Shown here piece after piece: positions 13,283 through 25,340 of a stretch of 64,000 bases of DNA. The position numbers and the translations under genes are program-made. The notes under the pieces are model-generated. The model was not told the origin of the DNA and did not search any database. It worked only from the letters and a program-made list of their open reading frames with translations. The DNA is from Spongospora subterranea f. sp. subterranea (lineage: Eukaryota), in NCBI GenBank assembly GCA_049724395.1, contig JAUGWO010000049.1, forward strand, positions 1 through 64,000, given 5' to 3'. The first letter of the stretch is position 1. The number at the start of each line of letters is the position of its first letter.

Positions 13283-14832
13283 ATAAAAGACTGGCCACTT
13301 TAACTGGCCATCTCAAAAAGTGCGCGGATGGCCAGTTAAAGTGGCCAGTCTTTTACTATTGGGTACGAGAAAAGACTGGCCACAAACTGACTGTGGTTTC
13401 CTATTTGACTGGCCAATGTGGATTTGGGATTTAAATATTATTATGTACACTTGAGTGTACCGTGTCAACATAGTTGGCGTAATCCTGGCATCTTGCCGGG
13501 TTCATCCCTTTTTACGTGACCGAACAATTGTCACCGCACGGTTCAGCGAACAAAACTGGGAACTACTGACGAACGTCGACCGCCTTTTCCCTCACCGGCG
13601 TAGAAAACGTTGTCCTCAACACATCATTCAGGCAGACATATTCAGGTTAACCATTTTTTTCTTTTTTTTAAATTTAAATCAAGTAATTACCACTAACTTG
13701 AAATAGTTTAAGCCAGCATAAGATCGGAAACTTCCCCTTTCTTCCTGCGAAAAACTGCCCACCCGTGGCCTGATTGTATTGTAAAAATGTCACCTATTCT
13801 TTGGATACCCGTTGGTGTTTCAATTGATTGTCCTTTCTTTATGAAGTCCTTCTGGGCGACGAATCCTGGGGTCTGTTGGGGAGAACTTCTGCAGCACTTA
13901 AATGCTGACAATAACATCAATCCGATTCGTGTTGGCCTTAATAAGGAGACCTTATGTTTATTTTTACCGTACGCCACATAAACGGAATTGGCTTTGAAAT
14001 TTACTATGGGTACGAGAAAAGACTGGCCACAAACTGACTGTGGTTTCCTATTTGACTGGCCAATGTGGATTTGGGATTTTTGACATGGGGACTTGGGTGA
14101 TTGTGACAGCCATCATGTATGATGATTGTTCTATTGCAGAAAGCAGCCTCAATCCACCGGCATTTGGCATTGCATTTCAAACGGGTCAATTCACCCAGAC
14201 AAACGTGACACCTGCATAAAAGTTTAGATGCGCCTGCTATGAAACTGCAGCAGTACGAATGGTCGAATGAGTCCGGATTATTCTGTTTAGGACGCAGAGA
14301 ATACGAACACGTGGCGTTGGAGCACGAAATAACCCCGTTGCACATCTTCGAAACGATTTTAACAGCTCTTTTTCTGTTCAAAAATGACCGGTATCGTGTC
14401 TTTGTTACTCGCCATTGCCATTCAGAATAGTGAGCAACCAAATTGGGTTTTGATGCCGCGTGTTCAAAAAAAAACTGTGCATTTCCATTTGGGCGCAAAG
14501 AAACCCCGTCGCAATCTGGATGATGGTTCGATAAATATTTCACCGGATTGGAGTTAAACTCGGCCCCAGTGAAATCGGACATTGACCAGCTGAGGTCGAC
14601 CTCGTCGACGTCCATCACCTGAAATTAGGCAGAAATGCGACGCGGAACACCGCAAGTCCGGAACATGAATTGCATACACTCATGTGTATATAATAATATT
14701 TAATTCCGAAAATCCACAAACAGTCAGTTTGTGGCCAGTCTTTTCTCGTATAGTAAAAGACTGGCCACTTTAACTGGCCCTCCGCGCACTTTTGGAAATG
14801 GCCAGTTAAAGTGGCCAGTCTTTTCTCGTCCC
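13283..14832 (-). mobile_element. Long-TIR DNA transposon derivative encoding a GCM-like zinc DNA-binding domain
   Basis: ~170 bp inverted ends containing the palindrome AAAAGACTGGCCACTTTAACTGGCC...GGCCAGTTAAAGTGGCCAGTCTTTT. ORF 14004-14618 has CNGVISC..C..LRP, CHVCLGELTRLKC and HDGCHNHPSP. Confidence 0.7.
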
Positions 14833-15015
14833 CAAAAATATCAAAAGCTATTTATGAAACTCCCTCAATATTGCTGTTTTTGAGCCGTCAAACAGCTTGT
14901 TGAGTAGGGAATGAAATTCTCTTTCTGTATATATAGAGTTTGTGCACCAGTCGATTAAACCTGGTACTTCGTTGGAGTTTACCTACCGAACATTCCTGCG
15001 GAGAGCGGTTAGCTT

Positions 15016-16686
15016 GTGATGCCCCGCTTACGAAGTCGGAAACGTACAGCTGCTGCATCGGCTGCAAGACGACGACAAGGAAACTTGCTTGTTGAAACAA
15101 ACCAAGAACATGAGTCAATGCATCTCGTGGAAGATGTGTGCAGTTCAGATTCCCATACCTTTTCGAGTGAGAGTAGCAGCCAAAGCAGTTCGACCGAAAC
15201 TACAAGCGATGAAACAGACAAGGGAAATGAGCATGAAGAAGTGGACCGACCTGCTATTCGACCGTTGGGCCAAAATTATTTGAAAAGGAAATACACAGGA
15301 AACAGTGAACGTTCACTTCGCAAAAGAGAAGCTGTGCGGCGAAAGAATATTTCCTTGAATCACTCGATTCTCGAGTACTTCAAACCAGCAGGTCGACTAA
15401 ATATCGATGATAACGAGCACAACAGTCAATCGGTTGCGACAGGAGCCGATATACTCGATAACACTGTTTATTCCACATATAGCGAATCCGAAAGCAGTTA
15501 AGGAGTACCTTTTTCGGTAAATCAGTCACAATCAACTTTCCAAGACATCGATATCATTGCAACTATTCGGCAAGATATTTTCAAGTTTAAAAGACTCCCA
15601 AACACTGATACTCAAGTGTTATGGCTTAAGGGTATTGAGAAATATTTTGTGAAAACTTTCATAGGAACATTGGCAAACATCAAACATTCTTTGATGATTG
15701 CACGAACTTTTTTCGGAAGAGGTATTTGATCGCTATATTTCCCTCAAGTTTTGTCATGTGATAAATTTCGTTTAGGCAAGTATTGCGCCAGGCGTCTTCG
15801 ATACCTTGCGGCTGCTTATAAGCGCACAGGAGAACTTTCTCGTTCTCGTATCGGAAACCATCCAAAAAAGGATCGCATCATTGATATAAGCTTTGTTAGA
15901 CAGGACTGCCTCAATGTACTTGATTCTCGCCGTCGAACAAATCCTGTGCAATTCAAGCATAATCCCGGAGGCAAACAGCCTTTAATGCGCGATACTTTCT
16001 TCATTCCCGCTCACCAGGTTAGAAATATTTATCGTCGAAGTGGCCATAAACTAATCATCTACTGTATACATTTAGCGAAATCAGATTGACCCAACTTCTT
16101 TTTCACAATCAATGGTTTTCCTGAACGACCATCCACATTTTGCGGGACAAGCAAAAGGGATGTTGCATGTTGTACAGGAACGGGGGCTTCTCCCAGAATA
16201 TGGCAAATGCATTGGCATTTGTAAAGACTGCAAAACTAACAAAGTCAAGAGTCCTGCAATTCGTACATGCTGTCTGACCAGGATTTTGGAGTTGGAAGCA
16301 GATTTCTCTTCAGAAAAATCCGCTCTTGAACAACTTTTCGTAGGACGAGGACATCTCGATGTACATTCCTGCCAAAATTCCATTGTGAGTTGAACCCTAT
16401 AGAAATGGCATGGGGAAGGGCGAAGTTGATTTGTCGCGAAAAATGCGATTATTCGTTTCCCAGCTTACGCAAAAGGGTGCTACAGATACTGGATGAAATT
16501 CCGATAGCCTTTGTCCGCAAATGGTTTCGGCTGGCAATTCGCTTTGGAGACGCCTACAAGAATGGTCTTAAAAATCCAGTAGCTGCTTTCGCTTGCAAAC
16601 AATACAAATCACATCGTCGAATATCAGCGGATGTCATTGAAGACTTAAAGAAACAATGGGCGGAAAAGGATGGCAAAAAATGTTGA
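15016..16686 (+). mobile_element. IS630/Tc1-mariner-related DDE transposase, internally deleted and frameshifted
   Basis: KGMLHVVQERG, CCLTRIL, RGH..FLPKFHCELNPIEMAWGRAK, DAYKNGL, YKSHRR. Confidence 0.8.
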
Positions 16687-16716
16687 TCATCAATTTCCGA
16701 TAATTTTATTTTATTA

Positions 16717-17873
16717 CTCCCTCTGTTCGGAAATAAAGGTCCTGTTTGAAAAAAGTGCGTGGATTAAGGTTGTTTTATGCTCAACCTCATATCCTAGAAC
16801 TGGATAATGACGCGCGCGTCAAGTGCTTTGCTCACCCGAAATTTTGAGCCTCGACGCTCATTTCAAATCAAAGTTAGATCAAAATGAAAACTAGGGTTTG
16901 AGGGATAAAGTGATTTTTCAGCGGCACCGCCACCTCGTCATTGTTGAACTAGCACCTGACAACATGACTGCACCTGCAGAAGACCTAAGGCGAGTTGGAG
17001 AAGCCATGCCGGCTTTTCCAAAGGAAATAGCCGACGAGCAGCAAACCTCGGAATTCCTATTGTTCCTGAGAAGTTCGCTGATAGAAAAGGACAAAAGAAC
17101 CTCACTGACGACCAGAGTGGTGTAATATACGAATATGTCTTGAGGATGAGTGATTCAGGAGAGTTCGTTCTTGGTTCAATTGCCTCAGCAAGCGGTTAAT
17201 TTGCCGTTTCACGCAGAACTGTGAGTAGGATTTGGGACTTCTGCCGTCCTCTGTTGTTCACACAAACGAGGAAAGGTTGGACAAAGTCGTTGATCCTGAA
17301 AAAGTCAAACAGATTCCTCTACAACAGCGAAACAATCGATGATCTTGTGAAGGCTGTCAAGATCTCGTTTGATAGCATGGAGAAAGATAAGCTTAAAGAC
17401 ATGTTTTTAACTCTCCAGCAATGCAGTATGGAGATCATGAAGGTCACTTTTAACTCTCCAGCAATGCATGATGAAGAACATGAAGGTCAAGGGGGGCAAC
17501 AATTATAAGATGCCTCACATGGGCAAGGAACGGCTCAGGCGCCAAGGTGATGTTCCAGACAATTTACCCTGCGACATTGCAGTTTTGCATCAAGCAAAGC
17601 AAGATGCACAGAGTGGTGATGAAAAAAAAATTCTTCAATGGTCCGGTTCTTCAAACTTTCCCTGTCCACTTTATCAAATTAAACCTTGAAAGCGTCAACA
17701 AGTTCGTCAGGCGTCAAGGCCATTATTAAGAAGAATTCAATGATGGCCTTGGAAGTTCTGAAGCAGCGAACGCAGGATGCACTGAGCTTTGATTGTGCAG
17801 AACCATCAATGAGACCTTTATTTCCGAACATCAAAAAAAGGTGCGTGAGACCTTTATTTCCGAACGGAGGGAG
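16717..17873 (+). mobile_element. Non-autonomous DD39D (plant-type/Stowaway-related) mariner, intact ends
   Basis: TA-CTCCCTCTGTTCGGAAATAAAGGTC ... GACCTTTATTTCCGAACGGAGGGAG-TA. Residual coding motifs VSRRTVSRIW, TIDDLVKAV, FLTLQQC, GGNNYKMPHMGK. Confidence 0.92.
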
Positions 17874-18120
17874 TACAACTGTATTCAATTTCTCCTTCGC
17901 ATGTTTAAGGTTCACTGTTGCATTTTATAGGATGCGACGTACGCAGTTATAAGTTGCGTGACTGCCGCAATGATAAATATGCGTACGCACATGTTTACGC
18001 ATATATTTTACGTTTCACCACTGGCCAATTTTGAAAAAGGTGAATTTTCAAACGTGAACTCCGCACTGAGTTTTTGACATCTGACAAAATCCAAATCGTC
18101 AAATTGTAGGTCTCGATGAT

Positions 18121-19218
18121 AGGAAATAAAGGTCTCACGCACCTTTTTTTGATGTTCGAAAAAAAGGTCTCATTGATGGTTCTGCACACACAAAGCTCAG
18201 TGCATCCTGCGTTCGCTGCTTCAGAACTTCCAAGGCCATCATTGAATTCTTCTTAATGATGGCCTTGGCGCCTGACGAACTTGTTGACGCTTTCAAGGTT
18301 TAATTTGATAAAGTGGACAGGGAAAAGTTTGAAGAACCGTCCATTGAAGAATTTTTTATTCATCACCACTCTGTGCATCCTGCTTTGCTTGATGCAAAAC
18401 TGCAATGTCGCAGGGTAAATTGTCTGGAACATCACCTTGGCGCCTGAGCCGTTCCTTGCCCATGTGAGGCATCTTATAATTGTTACCCCCCCTTGACCTT
18501 CATGATCTCCATACTGCATTGCTGGAGAGTTAAAAGTGACCTTCATGATCTCCACACTGCATTGCTGGAGAGTTAAAAGCATGTTTTAAGCTTATCTTTC
18601 TCCATGCTATCAAACGAGATCTTGACAGCCTTCACAAAATCATCGATTTTTTTCGCTGCTGTAGAGGAATCTGTTTGACTTTTTCAGGATCAACGACTTT
18701 TTTCTTTGGTCCAACCTTTCCTCGTTTGTGTGAACAACACAGGACGGCAGAAGTCCCAAATCCTACTCACAGTTCTGCGTGAATCGGCAAATTGACTGCT
18801 TGCTGAGGCAATTGAACCAAGAACAAACCTTCCTGAACCACTCATCCTTGAGACATATTCATATATTACACGACTCTGGTCGTCAGTGAGGTTCTTTTGT
18901 CCTTTTCTATCAGCAAACTTCTCAGGAACGATACGAATTCCGAGGTTTGCTGCTCGTCGGCTATTTTCTTTGGAAAAGCCGGCATGGCTTCTCCAGCTCG
19001 GCTTAGGTCTCCTGCAGGTGCAGTCATGTTGTTAGGTGCTAGTTCAACAATGACGAGGTGGCGGTGCCGCTAAAAAATCTCCCGTAAACCCTAGTTTTCA
19101 TTTGAAATGAGCGTCGAGCGAGTCTCAAAAATTCGGGAGAGCAAAGCACTTGACGCGCGCGTCATTATCCAGTTCTATGATATGAGGTTGCGCATAAAAC
19201 AACCTTAATCCACGCACG
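18121..19218 (-). mobile_element. Second, inverted, end-truncated copy of the same mariner derivative
   Basis: Reverse complement of ~16755-17861 with scattered substitutions; shares the same internal deletion and the same 42-bp internal duplication. Confidence 0.9.
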
Positions 19219-19219
19219 T

Positions 19220-20215
19220 TTTTGTATCGTTTTCTCGTATTTATAGTTTTACCAATATAAATTATTGCTATACATTGTAATTTATATAAATTTTCATTTT
19301 TTATTAATATTGACAAAATTTTAATTTGTAGGTACATATATACTAAAAATGGAAGAACAAGTTAAAGAAACTGATAAGCAGAAGAAACCAAGAAGTGAGA
19401 AACAAATTGAAGCTTCAAAAATTAATTTAGCAAAGGGAAGAAATGCGAGAAAGGATATAAACAAAAAAAAGAATGATGCGGTAGAAAAAGTTGCCGAATT
19501 ATCAAATAATTTAACAAATATGAAGGATGATATAATTAACGAATTAAAAGTTAAAAAAAATAAGAAAGTTGTTGTAGAAAGCGACAGTCCCTTGTTGCTA
19601 AAAAGAAAAGGTCAAAACCAATTAAAAAATAAACAAGAGGAAAAAAGTTGTTGAAGAATATAATAGCGACCGCTATGAAATTGAAAATGAACCACAACAA
19701 CAAAAAAATAACTGGGAATGGATTTAAATTACAATTAAACTGTAAAAATTAGATACTATTTCACACATAGATATTCCAAATGAAAGCAATATAAGATATG
19801 ATAGGAGAAGGCCCAATACAAGGAGTAGAAAAAGGGAAAGAGATGAAATAGAATTAAACTTGGAAAAAAATTAAGAAAAGAGTATTAAGTGTTTTTAAAT
19901 TTACAAACTTGGTATAAATCAATGAAAAAGGTTAATTTGGATATTAGCACCAAATATATCCCTAAAAGGGATAATGATATTATATTACATAAAAATTTAA
20001 TGACAGTGCCCTACTATTTAAATATATATGATCCTGGTAATAGTAAGAAATCATTGTTAATAGTTAATATTGTTCATAAGTATAAGAAAATATTTAGAAA
20101 AGGGAATATATTAGTTTTTACAAATAGCTATGATGAAACATTAAATTCGTTAGAAAAATCACGAGAAGCGGGTATATATAATTCAATTTATGATGATGAA
20201 GATGGATAGCTATAT
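19220..20215. mobile_element. AT-rich endogenous Polinton-like virus/virophage-type fragment
   Basis: Abrupt AT-rich, intronless block. Carries a GIY-YIG-like fragment (minus: LYKLQCIAIIYIGKTINTRKRYK), a KKPRSEKQIEA coiled-coil ORF and a packaging-ATPase-like ORF. Confidence 0.6.
19922..20209 (+). pseudogene. Truncated A32/FtsK-type DNA packaging ATPase
   Basis: LHKNLMTVPYYLNIYDPGNSKKSLLIVNI reads as a degenerate Walker A (GxxxxGKS) in the typical N-terminal context, followed by KIF..NILVFTNS; ends before Walker B. Confidence 0.55.
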
Positions 20216-20339
20216 TTTAGTGTGTACTACACACTCATTACACACTCAGAGGCCACGCACAATTACACACTCAAATCTGAAATCGCTACTGCATGTATGA
20301 GTACGAATCCGGAGAGCCACCGTGGAAAGTACACACTCA

Positions 20340-21100
20340 AAACGGAGCTTTCAGACGTTTTTGTCAAAAGCGGCGTGCTCTTCTACGATGGAATGGCGAA
20401 GAGGAAACTTCGCTGGCATCTTGCAGATGAAGTTACCTTACCCGTCATTTACCTCGTTAACCAGCTATCATTGCATATACGTGAATTTTCGCATAGAATT
20501 TAGATCTGTGCATCTACAATGGCACAAAGATCACAACGTTAATCATTTTATTAAGTTAAGAGCCTTAATGCGCAATTCTTGTGGGTGAATCGACTAAATG
20601 CATTCCATGTCACAATGGAAGGAGAGCTTCTGCTTCCAATAAAGCTTTACATTCGTGACCTTGGTCATTAACAACTTCTGGGCGTCTCGAGATATAGCTT
20701 TGTTGCATCCAGAACATTTCGGTACTGGGCCTTTGTTGGCGACGTGAACAATTCGAATATCAGTTGGATACGCATCTGTTTTAGGAGAAAATGGATGAGC
20801 AAGCTCATGTGATGGTTTTGTTGGATCGTCGACCTGTTTCGTACTGCTTCCCCGTTTACGATATCATAGCTGGTTAACGAGGTAACCGTCGGGTAAGGTA
20901 TGCAAGATGCCAGCGAAGTTTTCTCTTCGCCATTCCATCGTAGAAGAGCACGCCTCCTTTGACGAAAACGTGACAACAAAAATGAGCTCCGTTTCCATAG
21001 ATAATCGCACCAAGTGCATATGCCATTGTCCCAAAGCTCAGCACCCGCGCTGGTAGATGATATTTAGCATCAGTATCTCTTTCCCAGCACTCTACCGGCA
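20340..21100 (-). mobile_element. TE-associated USP (C19)-like protease C-terminal fragment with inverted partial duplicate
   Basis: YALGAIIYGNGAHF...VLFYDGM (His-box-like). 20340-20468 is an inverted copy of 20866-20994. Confidence 0.5.
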
Positions 21101-21576
21101 TTGCCTAACAGTGTGGAGTGGACCACCAACCGACCGCACATTGTGACGCCCCTGACTGAGGGTAGGGAGGGACCCCGTCAGGACATCACGTACTGTACAG
21201 TTATTCGCACTCTACCGGTATTGCCTAACAATGTGGAGTGGACCACCAACCGACCGCACATTGTGACGCCCCTGACTGAGGGTAGGGAGGGACCCCGTCA
21301 GGACATCACGTACTGTACAGTTATTCGCACTCTACCGGTATTGCCTAACAATGTGGAGTGGACCACCAACCGACCGCACATTGTGACGCCCCTGACTGAG
21401 GGTAGGGAGGGACCCCGTCAGGACATCACGTACTGTACAGTTATTCGCACTCTACCGGTATTGCCTAACAGTGTGGAGTGGACCACCAACCGACCGCACA
21501 TTGTGACGCCCCTGACTGAGGGTAGGGAGGGACCCCGTCAGGACATCACGTACTGTACAGTTATTCGCACTCTACC
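21088..21576. repeat. 120-bp minisatellite, 4 near-perfect units
   Basis: CACTCTACCGG recurs at 21088, 21208, 21328, 21448; a partial unit starts at 21568. Confidence 0.97.
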
Positions 21577-22684
21577 CGGTGGCTTTTTTCTACCGCGCGC
21601 GGTTCAACCGCGCGAGATGCTTGGACACTCGCACAATAAGGTACACTAATGACTGTGACACAGTCAATTCATTGCAAAACTATATCGCACAGTGCGCTCC
21701 ATAGACCTTCAGTATACTGTGGTATCGGATCTATCGGAAACTGGTTAACTATGATATGCCGAGACGTCTTTTCGAAAGCGTTAACATCAAAAGCACTGCG
21801 AGTACTTTGGAAAGACTCAATCGCAAACTACTCTATTTTATTCCTTATAGCAAATAGGGGTCAGCATTTATTTTAAACTTGAATTCTTTCAACACACGCA
21901 AAATATTGAATTAAACACTTAACATCATGTATTTATGATTTTGCTCATCCACCGTTTAAAAATAAAATGTCCTGTGTACTTGGAATATTTTCGAAGCACT
22001 CGCAGTGCGTTCGATTTTGACGCTTTGGAAAAAGACGTCTCGCCATATCCTAAGATGGAGTGCATCTCGGAGTTCAACGACTCCATCGCCGATTCGGGAT
22101 CTTGAGTCTCACTAGACTCGGATGGAACTGCATTGGACGAGTCGCTGCTTCGCTCGCTTGTTCGCAGCAATGACGATTCAGGCCGGACAACCTCTTGCGT
22201 TGTGGCTCTACAAAATGGAATACGTTCATCGCCAACACTTTTAGGAATCGTAGCAATGGACGCTACTACAACTGTAGTGTCTGGAATGTGATCGGCGATT
22301 ACTGATGAATCACTATAGAGGAGTTAAGGTGAAGAACAGTATGCGATTAGAATAAAACACCTTTCCCATACAGCCATCTCAGCGACGGCAGCATAAGTGC
22401 TAGGCGATAGTTGACTAAACAAAAACCATCAGAGATAATTGAACCGTTAATTATATGTAGAAATAATCCCCACCTCGAAGATTGCATTGTTGAAACTGAA
22501 ACAGAAGACACTAGATGAAGAGAGAATCGATTCGGCATATGACGTGATCCGCAACTCTAAACTGCGATCCGCAATCCTCGCTCAGTGCAATATATATCTT
22601 TGCATTATTAGACTGTGTCACAGTCAATAGTGTACCCTATTGTGCGAATGTCCAAGCATCTCGCGCGGTAGAGGGGATAGGCCG
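21577..22684. mobile_element. Non-autonomous TIR element (Mutator-like) inserted in the minisatellite
   Basis: 9-bp TSD CACTCTACC (21568-21576 and 22685-22693); ~75-95 bp imperfect TIRs (CGCGCGAGATGCTTGGACA...GACTGTGACACAGTC). Confidence 0.85.
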
Positions 22685-23535
22685 CACTCTACCGGTATTG
22701 CCTAACAGTGTGGAGTGGACCACCAACCGACCGCACATTGTGACGCGTCAGGACATCACGTACTGTACAGTTATTCGCACTCTACCGGTATTGCCTAACA
22801 GTGTGGAGTGGACCACCAACCGACCGCACATTGTGACGCCCCTGACTGAGGGTAGGGAGGGACCCCGTCAGGACATCACGTACTGTACAGTTATTCGCAC
22901 TCTACCGGTTTTGCCTAACAGTGTGGAGTGGACCACCAACCGACCGCACATTGTGACGCCCCTGACTGAGGGTAGGGAGGGACCCCGTCAGGACATCACG
23001 TACTGTACAGTTATTCGCACTCTACCGGTATTGCCTAACAGTGTGGAGTGGACCACCAACCGACCGCACATTGTGACGCCCCTGACTGAGGGTAGTGAAG
23101 GACCCCGTCAGGACATCACGTACTGTACAGTGTACATTTATTCGCACTCTACCGGTATTGCCTAAACAATGTAAAGTGGACCACCAACCGACCATCAACC
23201 GACCGCACATTGTGACGCCCCTGACTGAGGGAGGGAGGGACCCCGTCAGGACATCACGTACTGTACAGTGTACAGTTATTCGCACTCTACCGGTATTGCC
23301 TAAACAATGTAAAGTGGACCACCAACCGACCATCAACCGACCGCACATTGTGACGCCCCTGACTGAGGGAGGGAGGGACCCCGTCAGGACATCACGTACT
23401 GTACAGTGTACAGTTATTCGCACTCTACCGGTATTGCCTAAACAGTGTAAAGTGGACCACCAACCGACCGCACATTGTGGCGCCCCTGACTGAGGGAGGG
23501 TCCCCGTCAGGACATCACATTCGCACTCTTCCGGG
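22685..23535. repeat. Continuation of the minisatellite (one deleted unit, 120-bp units, then ~133-bp variants)
   Basis: Same unit sequence; later copies carry short internal duplications (CAACCGACCAT, TGTACAG). Confidence 0.95.
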
Positions 23536-24131
23536 ATTGCCCAACGGTAAACACATTCGAACGTTGCTGACAATACCACACTTGCCAATGAACATCTTGC
23601 GATTTTCTGATTGACATGACGTAGTTGCTCTTTGATAATTGTTAACCTGTTTAGTGTTATTTAGGTTGAAGTACAATAAAAAAGAACCGTCGGCGGTGAA
23701 CTGAAATTTCAACTCTTGCTACAATCCGCCCTTAGACGTTATGTTTCCTTGTTGCACTTTCTTGTGCGCTTTTGCTCAAATCACCGTTCAATCATAGTTG
23801 GACGTGTAATTCATCTTGTCTTGATTATTCCGAGGCAATAGGATTGACACAGAAAGCACTGTTGTTCCTAGCCATGCTGGTGTCACGTTGTAAAATCCGT
23901 ACCGTACTGGGTACTGTGCAGTCAGGTAATGGGGACCATCTGCGCGGTCACGTAAGTCTGTGCAGTCAGGGGTAATGGGGCGCAGCTGTCGCAGCATTAC
24001 TCCCTATTAGGTACTCCACTGGACCATTTGCGCGGTCACGTATGTACTGTGCAATAAGTACCGTGCAATCAGGTGTAATGGGGCGCAGCATTTTGACACT
24101 TTGTTGTCAATAACAACATCAAGGTCTAGGG

Positions 24132-25340
24132 ATGATATCGTCCGGATATGCTCAACCAATCAATGGTCGTGTCGCACTCAGCAAACCACCAGGCAAGCAG
24201 AACATCACATGGGGAAATTTATTCATTGGAGCGTGTCTACAGACGCTTGAAGTATCGTCGTTCGGTATAGTTTGTCGATATCATCGTCTCCTCGATTCAT
24301 TTACCAAATTCAGGCCAGCCGTTTGAAGTTTTAAAGACTCAGATGGCAGGTATTTCATACAGTGTGCTCGGTACAATCAGTTTATGATTTTGCTACAGCG
24401 AACCGAAACGATAACCTGAGATCTTCTGTAATCAAAATCTACCAGCGTGGTGGAATATTGGGTTTTTGGCAAGGCCTGCTCCCTGTTCGTGTGCAAATTT
24501 CACCAAACTACGGGTTCTGACTCTCGACAGTGGGCATTAATCGAAGCATCAACGAAAGGCGCCGTCCTTCTGTTCACAGCGACTGAAGTTAGCTATCAGG
24601 CCCAGTTAAGAGCAAATGTCTGCGCATTCTGTATTCATTATTTGACGCTGATAAAAGTGAATTAGGCATCCCCTTCAGCAGCAGGATTGCTAGGGGGCAT
24701 CTGCGGCGGTTTTGCACAAGCCTATACAACCATGGGGTTTTGCACTTTTATGAAAACAGTGGAAGTCACGAGGCAGAAAAGTTCAACGGGAGATCATGCC
24801 AATACTTTTGCAGTCGCCAAAGAGATTCTTCGTCGCGATGGAGTTAGAGGTTTAAACAAGGGAGTCACTGCTGTTGCACTTCGACAAATGACGAATTGGT
24901 AGCTTCATCGTGACGATAAACGGTTGCATTAAACACTGATTCAGGGGATCTCGGCTTGGGATCGCCCGATTTACTGAAGGTTTGATGGTTCGAGGCGACA
25001 GTTCTCGCCAGTTGACCGTTCTGGAAAAGATCGGCTCGTCAGCAATAGGAGGGGCTCTTGCCTGCTGGAATCATCCGCTTGAAGTATCAATGCCGCTTGA
25101 GTGTCCATCATCTATTAACAGGGTATCACGCAGGTGGTCCGCGTCGAAATGCAATCCTCTCTGAAGGATTCAAACCGGCCTGCGAATCTGAATGTTTTAT
25201 CAACCGCTCGTTATATCTATCACACTAATGGAGTCAGGGGATTCTATCGTGGCGTATTACCACGAATTGGGCTTTCCGTTTATCTGACTATATTGATGGT
25301 TTTCGGCGGGGATGAACTCAGATCACGATTCACCAAATAA
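24132..25340 (+). CDS. YHM2: Mitochondrial carrier, YHM2-like citrate/oxoglutarate carrier; multi-exon
   Basis: [82 protein letters not shown] after removing GT-AG introns. Confidence 0.9.

Noticed and set aside
21150..21190. Hammerhead ribozyme in the repeat unit (CTGACTGA)
   Set aside because: Spacing does not fit CUGAnGA and there is no GAAA core on either strand.
21088..23535. CRISPR array or 40-aa repeat protein (ORFs 21101-21649, 22698-23165)
   Set aside because: Units are contiguous with no unique spacers, and the DNA is eukaryotic. The ORFs lack ATG starts and arise because 120 is divisible by 3; the ~133-bp variants break the frame.
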